Below, piece after piece: positions 53,101-64,000 of a stretch of 64,000 bases of DNA. A program made the position numbers and the translations under genes. The DNA comes from Paraspadella gotoi (lineage: Eukaryota > Animalia > Chaetognatha): contig CM119263.1 in the NCBI GenBank assembly GCA_051294375.1, positions 21,994,494-22,058,493 of the forward strand. Reading direction: 5' to 3'. The notes beneath the pieces are model-generated. The model ran no database searches, was not told where the DNA came from, and saw only the letters and a list, made by a program, of their open reading frames with translations. Numbering within the stretch: the stretch's first letter is position 1; each line of letters starts with the position of its first letter.

Positions 53101-55829
53101 CCTGGATATGGGATTAAAAAGCCCGAATCCATGAGTATTTTAGGTTTCCCAACTGATGACCTTTCTATTTTACTTTTAAAAAATTATAAAAAATATAAAT
53201 ATATTTTAACATATTCTTTAAAATTACATTTGAAATATAAAGGTTTCCCGACAATGTAGCCTAATCCTATTATAAAAACAATCATACAATAACCTTAATC
53301 CCCCAAAATTATCCATTCCCCACCTTTTTCGGCCTTGGTAGATATTTATGAATTTCTCATTAAATGATCTCACAGGAATTGATGTACAATCTATAAAAAC
53401 TGGAACATAAAAATATTAATAATTCTATTTAAATAATTTAAACACAAAATATTTTAACAAATCAATGAAATCATACAAAATAGTTATTTAAATTAAGATA
53501 ATAAATAAATAGAAAAGAAATAAATAACTAAGATAGTGGTGAAATAAGTATAATTTTGCAACTTTCAATAAGAAAACATAAACAGCTACCTTATCCTAAC
53601 TAGGTAAAATTGACTGTGTCACTTCAACAGTGAAACTCACACCGCGTTGATTTTAATCCTTACGCATTTTCTCGCATTTTCTTCGATATCGAGTTTTTGA
53701 AATTGAGCCAATCCCCGAAAACAGTTCCGAACTTCTGTGCGGCGGTTCGAATCTGATTCAGAACGAAAAGAGGAAAAACTCGAAAATAGAATTTCGTCTT
53801 ATCTGCTTCGCCCAAATTAGATAAAATTTAAAATAATATTACAATGCCTGATTTGCAATATAAAATTATATTTAGCTATATATGATAGAATTGATTCAAA
53901 AAATTAAAATTATTTAGGAAACGCTATTTAAGAGATGAAATTAGATTGGTTTTCCGCTTTAAAGCAATTCGGGAAATTGCAAAGCCCTCATTCACTCTGG
54001 CCTTTTCTTCCGCCTTTCCGGATGCGCAGAGAGGGAAGCGAGCGACGTTCCGACTGACGCTAGTTGATATGGAAAAAACACCCAGTGCTTAGAAATTTCA
54101 GCGCGGAGAAGACTGTTGATTCTCCTCCGGCACGGAGATCATACGGGGCGGCCGACCGAACGGGCGTGGCGGCAGGCCGGCTGGCGGGAACCGCGGCAAG
54201 GCGTCTGGATGCAAAATGGACAACGAGGGCGGGATTCTGGCCGGTTGAGATGGGGAGGGGGTCAAAAAACAGATGGGCGATGGTCGAAGAAGAGGGAGAT
54301 AACGTAACGGACTAGCTAGAGCTAAAGTACAGTAGACCGGCCGGAAATAAAAACGCAACACATGTTATCCGAAGAAATTGGCTCGGAAAGATTGAGACTG
54401 CTCTATTTTTTTAAAGCTTGAATTCATAATTCACTTAAAATTACTTTTATTTATTTAATAGTTTATCTTTAAATTAATTCTTTTTTATTAATCGTCAAGA
54501 GAAACTAAATCGACGATAACACCTTACAGTTCTTTTTAACTGCGGATTCACCCCCCCCCACCCGCTTATACTAAAATCCAACAAATTTATTCGTCGCAAG
54601 TCGCTTGGTCCTCCAATGTTTTTCAACTCCCCCTTTCTCCATCCCCCCCCTCTTCGCACGATTGAGCGGGATCAGCCGCCAAGCGTGCGAACCGCCGTGG
54701 CGGGCGACGAGGACGCCGCCAGCGCGGCCCGACATCTTTAACCCCAACTAACTCACACCCATACCCCACTGACTTCCACCGGCACGAACTCGAAGTCCAC
54801 GTCCGTGACTTCGTTCAGAGGCATCAACGCGCGCTCGCCGGCGTTCGATCTTCCGCGAGCGCGCGCCGCTCAAGAATGAAAGAGTGAAGAGAGAGAGAGA
54901 GAGACACGCCGGTTTGGTTTCGCTGTATTCACCTCTACCACTCACCAACATTCCAACGACTTTACTTATCATCGCCAGGGCTAAAAAAGGTTCACTAGGG
55001 AAGAAAATCCTCGAGAACCGACTGGAATTTTGAGAGCGACGGACATTGAGAAAGGAAAATGGCGAAGAGAGGAACGACTAATCCGCGGACAGATGGGAAC
55101 CGATGAAAAAGAAAGTCAAGTGAGAGTGTTGTGTCTACAAAATGGCTGTTTTTCATTTTAATCCATAAATAAGAAGTAATCTTCATTCGGTGAATGGCCG
55201 TTTCAAGTAGGGGTAGGATTTAGCAAAATTAAATTTTGAAACGTTAAATTTAAAATATTTAACAAACAAATTTTAAAGGACATTCACATTCTTCATTCCT
55301 AAATAATATAAAGGAGCTAACTTTCGCTACCGAGCTTTTGCTTTCGCCATTTTCCTTCAGTTCATTTGATTCATTTTAGTTCCATCCTGTATCGCTTTAT
55401 CTCTCTCTTTTGTTCACACTTAATGTATTCACAATTATAACTCGAAACTGTCGAAGGGGACTGGGAAATATTCTGAAAGAGAAAACAAACGGACTTTAAA
55501 CCTGCGTCAAATTCTGTTAAATGATAGTTCGAAACAAAAATTATGAAAATTAAACAAGGATATGTCTCATACACAATATTCTAAACATACACCCATCGTT
55601 TTCAACGTTAACTATAGGAAGAAAAAATGTGGTCGCCCTAAATCTATATAGTTAGTAAGATTTATTAAGGTAAGCATTCTCTATAACAGTTATGAACGTT
55701 TTTTAAGAATATTTGCAATTTCATATCGTTTCATTACTCGACGCTTTTTTTTTTTTTTTAAATCAATGTAAAAAGTCAATTGCTCCAAATCCTTGTATTT
55801 GAGTTGCAACACTTGAATCTGTCTATAGA

Positions 55830-57744
55830 TTTTCAAACGCTGGTCCCAGTTTCAGTCCATCGACGACAGCACCATCCTGACTCTTCAGCAAGAGCGCCGC
55901 TCGCCGTCATCTCTTGTCGACGAAGACGCGCGCCTCCGGACTCTGAGAAATCCGCGGCGTCTCAAAGTATTTAAAGAGCTCCTAGAAGACCAACGCGCGC
56001 GTCTGGCGTCTCCTCCATTTTGTCGGCGGCACCTCGAGAAACTCTTGTAAAGACCTAAAGATGCCTCCACTGGGCGTGGACATAGTCGCTGGGTGGACGG
56101 GCCCCAGATCCGCGCCCGGCGGGCATTAAGGTGCAAATTTTCGGGAAAGGGGCCCCCGCCGGGGGGTTGCACGAAATGTTTCCGACCCGTCACGGGCGGA
56201 AAATTCCAGCCCGTAGCGGGCTGAATCGGCTGGCAAGGTTGAAGCCGGGAGGCGACATGTCGTCGGCGAACGTTCCCCGGCACTCTTCAGCGCCGACGCA
56301 GCCCTATGGCCACACCCATTTTCCTAGACTGTCGGCGACAGGGGGGAAATGTGGCAAACTCTTGTCGTAAGCCTTGTCGCAGGCCTCGCAGACGCAGCAA
56401 GGTTCGGGGGGGGCGCCCGTTCGGGGTCGTTGCACTCCACGGCCGTGCGTCGATGCATTGCAGGGGCCCGCCCTCTCGCACCTTGGCGGCCAACAGGCGG
56501 GCTAAAGGTCACATACATTGAGGTGTGAGGCACTTCGCCCGCAAATCTTTTGCACGCCAAGAGCTCTTCGGCGACTCCGTCTATTTGGCGGCGAGTGAGA
56601 CCGCAGTAATCGCAGCGGATCGGAGAAGCCAGGATAATGGAGGAGGCTGGCGGCGGGAGAATCGAACAGGGTGGGCGTTGGGGGGAGGCGAGAAGACGGC
56701 GGTGGGCAAAGGGAAGTCATGGCCGAGTTGAAAGGAAGTGCAGGGGTGGCCGATAAAGCGAGCGGGATGGTGTGGACGGAGAGGCCGCCACGAAACCCAG
56801 CGTGGACGAATCCGCCAGAAATCGGCGACCCGTGTTCCGTCTTAACTTCCCTTTTAATCATCTCGGCTGCCGAGATCAGTCTCAAAAAGATATGCGGCCT
56901 CTTCTTGCCGGAGGAGGAGCGGCGGCCCGAAGCATCGGCGCGATCGCGCCCGTGAGAAGACGTTCTTGTAGGTCGGAGCCAGAGCCGTAGCGGGCGGCGG
57001 CGGCGATGGAGGGCGGAGGGGGGACGAGGAGGAGGACATGGAGGATAAAGACGCTCGATCGTTGAAGCGCGCGGACCCGCGAAGTTCACGAGCGCTTGCT
57101 TGGGACCCGGCGCGGTTGAACGCCACGGGAAAGCGGTGACCATCAGTGCGGACAGGTCGGGCCGCGGTTGCCGGCTTCAGCGCGGACAAAGTCGTCCGGC
57201 GTCTTCTCGTAGTGGACCGGGGCCGCGCCCGTTCAAGTCGCCGGGTCGCGGACGAGGGGCCGTCGTCGAGGAGAGCGCCGCGGCGGCCAAGCGATCGAAG
57301 TTTGCCGCCATTATTACCGAGCCGGAAATCTTGGAGATTCGTTCCGCGGTTCTCGCCCACCGCGGGAATTATGGTGGCAGTCGCAGGGACCCGATCATGC
57401 GGAGCGCGGATTAGGGGCGTTGTTTTTATTATTCTGAGTAAAGGGGTTGATTGTTCTCGGTGAGGTCGTTTTGGGGGCTGCTATCTCGATCTGTCCTTTA
57501 CGTCTCTTCTTCACGGGGCGTTGGGTTTTGGACGTAGTTTCCAATTTGGCCAAGCTTGATCTAATGCTTTCGTACCTCCATCTCGCGAGCGAGAATGAGT
57601 TAACTTATTTCTTTGCGTCAACCGGAGGGAACCTAAATCCTTGAGCATAAGAAAAATCTCGAGTTCATTCTGCCGAGGCGCCGAATGTCCCTGCGTCACT
57701 CGCCGAATGAGTTCACATCTGCCGGAGGCGGCGACCCCTTCCGA
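55830..57744 (-). CDS. Probable nuclear-receptor-type C4 zinc-finger gene, heavily frameshifted; boundaries approximate
   Basis: Long GC-rich block with a Pro/Ser-rich N-terminal part. At ~56560-56355, across indels: ACKICG.xASHLNY...LQCI...ECND...VCEAC..YDK(C)L, which fits NR DNA-binding-domain spacing. Confidence 0.4.
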
Positions 57745-58089
57745 NNNNNNNNNNNNNNNNNNNNNNNNNCAAATGGAAAACACAATAACCAGAACAAGAA
57801 TTATGCTACAAGACATAGGTCTAGCAAAATACTTAATTAGCACGTGAAAAACAAATAATAAANNNNNNNNNNNNNNNNNNNNNNNNNNNNNNNNNNNNNN
57901 NNNNNNNNNNNNNNNNNNNNNNNNNNNNNNNNNNNNNNNNNNNNNNNNNNNNNNNNNNNNNNNNNNNNNNNNNNNNNNNNNNNNNNNNNNNNNNNNNNNN
58001 NNNNNNNNNNNNNNNNNNNNNNNNNNNNNNNNNNNNNNNNNNNNNNNNNNNNNNNNNNNNNNNNNNNNNNNNNNNNNNNNNNNNNNNNN

Positions 58090-58415
58090 CATGGTAGGGC
58101 GTGTAGTCGAGGGCGCAAGCGGTGTTGCTGCCGAGAAGAGGAACCTATTGAATTCGAAGTAAAAAAATCTTAAAAGTATAGTGACCTCGCTAGACGTTAC
58201 TATCAAAGAAAATTAATGAAAATTTTTTTTAAAAAATGAATGATTGATGCGATAACGAATTATTGATGTAATAGTAATTGATTTATGTAATAGTAATTGA
58301 TTGATTGACGTAATAGTAATTGATTTATTGATGTAATAGTAATTGATTGATAGACAAATTACAACAAGATAAATGGGTTTAAAACGTGTTAAATTATATA
58401 TAATTAACCTTGTTG
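58090..58415 (-). repeat. Gap-bounded fragment duplicating the ILVBL last exon and intron (short-intron allele)
   Basis: Matches 59777-60037 joined directly to 61121-61184. Confidence 0.85.
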
Positions 58416-58474
58416 NNNNNNNNNNCTTTCTCAAGCTCGAGATAAGTCTTCGCATATAATTTGTCTAATTTAAG

Positions 58475-59276
58475 GTCGCTCATCATTTGGACAAGGAAGC
58501 TCCTTACCCGAACACTAGGGCCCTTATCAAGGTAACAAAGATTGAAAATCGTCAGCGCTCAAAACCAAAATCTCTTCGGTTGATTAATTATATATAACAA
58601 GGAGTACAAAAGAGTGCTGAAACCAGAGGGCCGCTTCATCATGAGCACCAACACAGCGGAACAAGCGCCTAGCAAGTGAGTCGTCCACAATAAGTTGACC
58701 CGGCTTATAATGCCATAAGAAATTTATGAAACATGACTCTTTTCGCGACCCTCCTTCTCTTATCGATACAAATAATAGTCACAGCAACAGTCAACGTTCT
58801 AATAAGGTGGTTTATGCGCTACAACGAGGATCTTCCTCGGATTCCCTTCGCCCCGGTGGACGAGATTTTTCAATTCTGTCGTGAGGCCAGATTTGAAAAA
58901 AATGCAAAGAATTCCTTGCAAGGATTTGTTGCAAGGTGAGGAAACGTGAATGATCAAGATTTAAAAACAACCCTAACAATTTTAATGGCAGTTAAGACCA
59001 TTATAAGGAGCAGATATGGAGCAGAATGATTAAACGATTTCTGGAAATAAAAATACTCTTTTTAAAAAAAGGCCTTCAGTACTTCAACTTTGCCCAAGTG
59101 TTCGACGAGGGCTTCCGCGCCTCCAACTCCAACTACGGCATCATGGGCGATCACATTGAAGAGTTCTTGCGTCGCGTGGAGGAGGATATGAAGTCGGGCC
59201 GATTCGCCGAGGTCGTCGCTGCTGCGGAGAGGATCGCTTGAAGAAAGGATTCTTTTCTTTCGTCATCGCGGAGTGA
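58475..59276 (+). CDS. Class I SAM-dependent methyltransferase, four 3' exons (5' part lost at an N gap)
   Basis: VAHHLDKEAPYPNTRALIK|EYKRVLKPEGRFIMSTNTAEQAPSK|WFMRYNED..|GLQYFNFAQVFDEGFR..; HHL and RVLKPxG motifs; GT-AG introns; one or two probable 1-nt errors, so the stop may be 59241 or 59276. Confidence 0.8.
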
Positions 59277-59603
59277 TATATACAGAATGAGCGATTGTGA
59301 GTTAAGCAAATTAACTATAGTTAATTTGTGAAACTGTTTAATGCTTAAAGTCATAGTTAAATCTTGAACTGTACAAAAACTAATCCAGCTTGACTAAACA
59401 ATAAAGTTTCCGATTATGAGCTTTTATTAAAATATAAAAAAATCCATTCCGAATCAAATGGAAAACACAATAACCAGAACAAGAATTATGCTACTAGACA
59501 TAGGTCTAACAAAATACTTAATTAGCACGTGAAAAAACAAATAATAAACTGCCAAATAGTTACCAACTATCAACAAAAACGCTCTCGGCAAAACCCTCGA
59601 ATC

Positions 59604-62600
59604 TCACACGCTGATGCTGCCCTCTCTAAAGTCTGACTTTCCAATGACGACGTTGACTAGTACGGATCGGCCCCCGCGGCACGCCTCGCTGGCCTCGGAA
59701 AAGGCGCGATCCATCTCGGCTTCGTCGGCTCCGGCGTCCAAAGCAACGCCGCGGGCGCCCAACGCCGCTGCCGCCTCATGGTAGGGCGTGTAGTCGAGGG
59801 CGCAAGCGGTGTTGCTACCGAGAAGAGGAACCTATTGAATTCGAAGTAAAAAAATCTTAAAAGTATAGTGACCTCGCGAGACGTTACTATCAAAGAATTA
59901 ATGAAAATTTTTTTAAAAATATGAATGATTAGATGCGATAACGAATTATTGATGTAATAGTAATTGATTTATGTAATAGTAATTGATTGATTGACGTAAT
60001 AGTAATTGATTTATTGATGTAATAGTAATTGATTGATGTAATGATAACCAAATGATAGATGCGATGATAAGCAATTGATTAGATGCAATGATAACCAAAT
60101 AGAGAGAAGTTGGAAAGCCGCAGGGACAGCCGCTGCAGAGCGAACTCGTTTTTAAACAAATCCGAAGAAGCTTAGACGGAAAAGAAGAGAGATAGCGCGA
60201 CATATTATTAAAAGAGAGAGAGAAAAATAAAGAAACTGGACAGCCACTGGACAGCCACTGGACAGCCGCTGGACAGCCGCTGCAGAGCTAAACTCGTCTA
60301 TTTATATAAAAAATGTTTTGTAAATAAAACAAACAAATGGGTGTAGGAATATGAAACATAACAATTTAAAAGACCTCATTGATAGAAAGCCATATCTAAA
60401 TTTTCAGCTTCCTATGGTTACACACTTGAGCTATTTTCAATGTTAAAACAGCGTGACGACAACGACGGCTACGGTCAAAAGTAGCAGAAACAAATTAACA
60501 TCTCGCCAAAGTTGGGCGAGATAAAATATAATAAAATTAAATTAAATAATATTAAATATTATGACTTGGTTTAAAAGGCCGCAGGTTACCTAGATGGAAT
60601 ATACTCACTAGGCCGGAACAGGTTAAAAAATAGAAGTTCTCTCAAATAAATAATAGTTAAGTGGCTGTTAAAGAATATAAAAATGAAAATAATTTTTAAA
60701 ATTTAGCTTATTGATAAGCGTACGGAAACATTTAAAGATTATTTTATTACTATATAAATTTTAAAATTTTTTTTGAATTTTTCTAATGATTTTATTAATG
60801 ATAATTTTTAAAAAACTATAAAATTCAGCCAATGATGATGATGATTTTTTAAGGTTTTTTCTATTTTTAACCAATTTATTGTCAAAATTGAAAAATATTG
60901 TAGTACTAACTTTCATTTAACTTTTCAAGCTCTATAAAAAAAATTATCATTTGTTATATATTAATAAAATATATTTAAAAGCTTCAGTGCAACAACCAAT
61001 GAACTAATTAAAAAAGTTGCATTGAAAATCGATTTAGAAATAGAAGGAAAAAAATTTTTTGAGAGAATAAGAAGTTATAAAAAGTGTTCAACTTTAGCCC
61101 GTCTTAATACGCACATACATAGACAAATTACAACAAGATAAATGAGTTTAAAACGTGTTAAATTATAAATAATTTAACCTTGTTGTATTCGAATAAAATC
61201 GCATACAATATAAAATATTACCTGCTCCCTGGCGATTTGCGACCAGCAGGCATCGTTGCCGACCACAGCAATGACGGGCACCTTGAATCTCTTGAAGGTG
61301 TCGAACTCTATGATGGAGTAGCCGAGACTCCCGTCGCCGTAGACGATCCAAACCTGACGATCGATTGACGAGTAGGAGAGATTGGCTTTCACGCACAAGT
61401 ATAAAGCCGAATATAAATATTAAATGTATATATATAATGTATTATAAAGCCGAATAGGTAAGGAAGTAAAAAAATAAGAGAAAAAAGAAACCAATATGAA
61501 GATAGACACAGACAAAGACTCACCTGCTTGTCCGGCATCGTCAGCTTGGCGCCCAAGGCGAACCCGGCCCCAACGCCCAACGTGCCGAAAGCACCCGGAT
61601 CCAGCCACGACAAAGGCGCCCGTGGCCGGAGTATGTAGGCCGCCGTTCCGACGAAATCACCCCCGTCGGCGACGATGATCGCGTCGTCCGGCAACGAAGC
61701 CTCCAGCCGCTGCAGCACCGCGACGGGATTTAGGCGCCCGTCCGCCGTCGACACCGCAGCCTTGATTACGTTTGCCGCTTCAGTCTCCGCGTCCCGACGC
61801 TTCAGCGAAGGCAGCCAATCAGGGTCGGGTCGGTAGTCGGTCAGTCGCTGGGCGATGGAGACTAGGGTGGAGGCGGCGTCGGCCTGACCAGGGCGATCAG
61901 AAGCAGAAGTGACATAATTATTTTTTGACCAATAAGTCATTTACGAATACAACGAACCATTAATATCATTTATTATTATTCACACCTGAATCGCCAACGT
62001 TGGCTTCCAAAACAAGTCGCTATTTCTGAACAGTTGATTCTTTTCTCGATTGACAACGACGATCGTCGCTCGACGAGGCAGCGCCCGACCGTAGCCCAGC
62101 CGAAAGTCGCAGACGGCGCCGAGCATCAGCACAGCATCGGCCTCCTTCAGCGCCTGGCGCCGCTTTTGGCGTACCTGAACGGCGCTGTCGCGCCCGAGAA
62201 GCCCGCGGCTCATACCGCCCAAGAAGCAAGGAATACCTAACTTCTCGAGGTTGCCGGCGAGATTCTCGAGAGGAGTCGGCGGGAGGGTTACTTGACTTCC
62301 GAGAAGAATCACGGGACGTTTGGCGGCGCTGAGGAGATCCACCGCCCGCTGAACCTCCTTCGTCGACGCCAGCGGCGGCTTGATGACGAAAGGCGCGACG
62401 TTGACATCGTCGAAACCCCCGGCGAACAGGGAGTTGAGGTGGTAGCGGAGGTACAAGTCGACGAGCCGCTGGAGAAGCGACTTGGAGGATGATGACGATG
62501 GTCCCTTCGCCTCCCGCTCCACAAGACTGTATTTGTAAAGGACGTCGATGGGCAACTCGACGAAGACGGGACCAGGGGTGCCGCCGAGCGCTTTTTCTAC

Positions 62601-63272
62601 AGCGCGTCGCACTGTCGGCACGATATCGCGCACGCGTCGAACAGACGCCGTCCACTTGCATACCGAAGACATCACCGACAGCTGGTCGATGTCCTGCAGC
62701 GCGCCGCGGCCCTTCAGCAGCGTCGCCGCGGCCCCCGCTAGGAGTAGCACGGGGGATTCCGCCATCTGGGCGTTCTTCATCGCCGTGACGGCGTTGGTAA
62801 GGCCAGGGCCGGCCGTTACGGCAGCCACGCCCACCCCGCCCGACAGTCGGCCAACGGCGTCGGCGGCGAAGACGGCCGTCGCCTCGTGACGCGTGTCCAC
62901 GACGCGAATGCCCGCGTTCTCGCAGGCGACGAGAATCGGGGAAATGTGGCCGCCGACGAGGGTGAAGACATGACGGACGCCGGCCGCTTGGAGGACCTTC
63001 AAAAAGAAAATTTTATCTTGAATGTATATTGTATAACGATTAGCATTCTCTATTTTATAATTACGATTGATACAATATTTTTATTGATCACAAGTTAAAA
63101 GTTTTGACGGTTGACTTTTTTCTCCAACCTGAGCGACCAACTCTCCGCCGTGACTGGAGGAGTGAGGATCCGCCGGTTTGAAGATGATATAGTAGAGATT
63201 AAACTTATCCACCGCCAGCCACACCAGGAATCCCAACACGGCCGTCGATAGCATCAGCCACGCCGGATCCAT
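59604..63272 (-). CDS. ILVBL: Acetolactate synthase-like protein / 2-hydroxyacyl-CoA lyase 2, 5 exons
   Basis: N-terminal [74 protein letters not shown] motif [12 protein letters not shown]-terminal DFREGSISV*. Confidence 0.96.
60038..61120. mobile_element. ~1.08 kb insertion in ILVBL intron 4 with a Helentron/HINE-like hairpin end and an 11-bp tandem repeat
   Basis: Absent from the other two copies of this intron; contains ATCTCGCC-N7-GGCGAGAT-AAAA (60500-60526) and (CTGGACAGCCR)4. Confidence 0.6.
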
Positions 63273-64000
63273 CGCGTGATCTTCAAATTACCAACGGTAA
63301 AGCGGTGCGGACAATTACTCGAGGCTCTTTGTAAACCACAGGAATCACTGTAAAATTTTTTTATGAAGCGTTAAAGCTTACAGATCCGCATTCTAATTCT
63401 TTTAAAGAAATTCTTTTCGTACCTTCGAATCTTAAATTACGGCGAGATAAAGCGAGAGCCAAGTTCAAGGTTCAGTCTTCCGTTTCTAGATTTATGAATG
63501 TGGTCTTAGTTAAAGACACAAAATAACGAGCAATCATAATTAAATCCAGAGCACTATTTCTTAAAACGAAGTGTGTCACTGTCGCTCATCTCTCAATCAG
63601 TCGAGTTTATTCCTAAAATTCGTTCAAATGAAATCTAGCAACAATTTTTACCTAACTGCTTCCTAGGGAATGAAGCAGTGTATCACCGGGCCGTCCAATG
63701 AACAGGCTTGGCTTGGAGAACGATGTTTTTCTCCCCGAGATCTTTCATTTTAGTTCGTTTTCCGCTGAGTCATTTTTTCCACGTCGAACATAAGATCATC
63801 CGCGTCGACGATTTCCGTTGACGAAAAACCTCGCAGCGCCGTAAATTTACTCTCTCGGCAATCGAGGAACTACGAATCTAATGAGACATTAGCGAAGTCG
63901 AACAAGAGAGCATCCTCCGTACTTGCGGGGCGGCAGACTATCGCTGCAGGAAAGCTGCGAAGCTGCGGCGGCTTAGAAACTGCTGGGCGCAGTCTGACAT

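Noticed and set aside
50900-55100. GC-rich patches with short ORFs
   Set aside because: No coherent frame or domain; possibly regulatory, but not supportable.
60234-60290. CRISPR-like array
   Set aside because: Spacer-less 11-bp tandem repeat in a eukaryotic intron.

Overview
Draft-assembly window from an invertebrate animal, with CpG-rich exons and AT-rich introns full of microsatellites. Left part: a CSPG4/NG2-like gene on + (about 20 exons, 2543-16038; 5' and 3' ends not found). One of its introns holds an antisense zinc-dependent alcohol dehydrogenase. Antisense tRNA-Thr(AGT), a tRNA-Gly-like pseudogene, a FAHD2-like gene and the 3' end of DEPDC5 follow its last visible donor. DEPDC5 runs 38000->18640 and one intron is interrupted by a ~10.3 kb inverted copy (19851-30154) of 9399-19693, probably an allelic gap-fill artefact. 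Right part: transposon remnants (Tc1 derivative, long-TIR element, hammerhead ribozyme motif), a class I SAM methyltransferase (+) convergent with ILVBL (-), present twice (noisy copy 45564-50135, cleaner copy 58426-64000), and a heavily frameshifted probable nuclear-receptor gene. I found no single clearly new multi-gene system. The best leads are an unusual 5' splice-site code (4 GC donors and many +3T donors), a (GA)n/(CT)n-bracketed intron, nested antisense genes, a non-class-III ADH, a hammerhead motif and a CCA-bearing half-tRNA. All translations, alignments and counts were done by eye.
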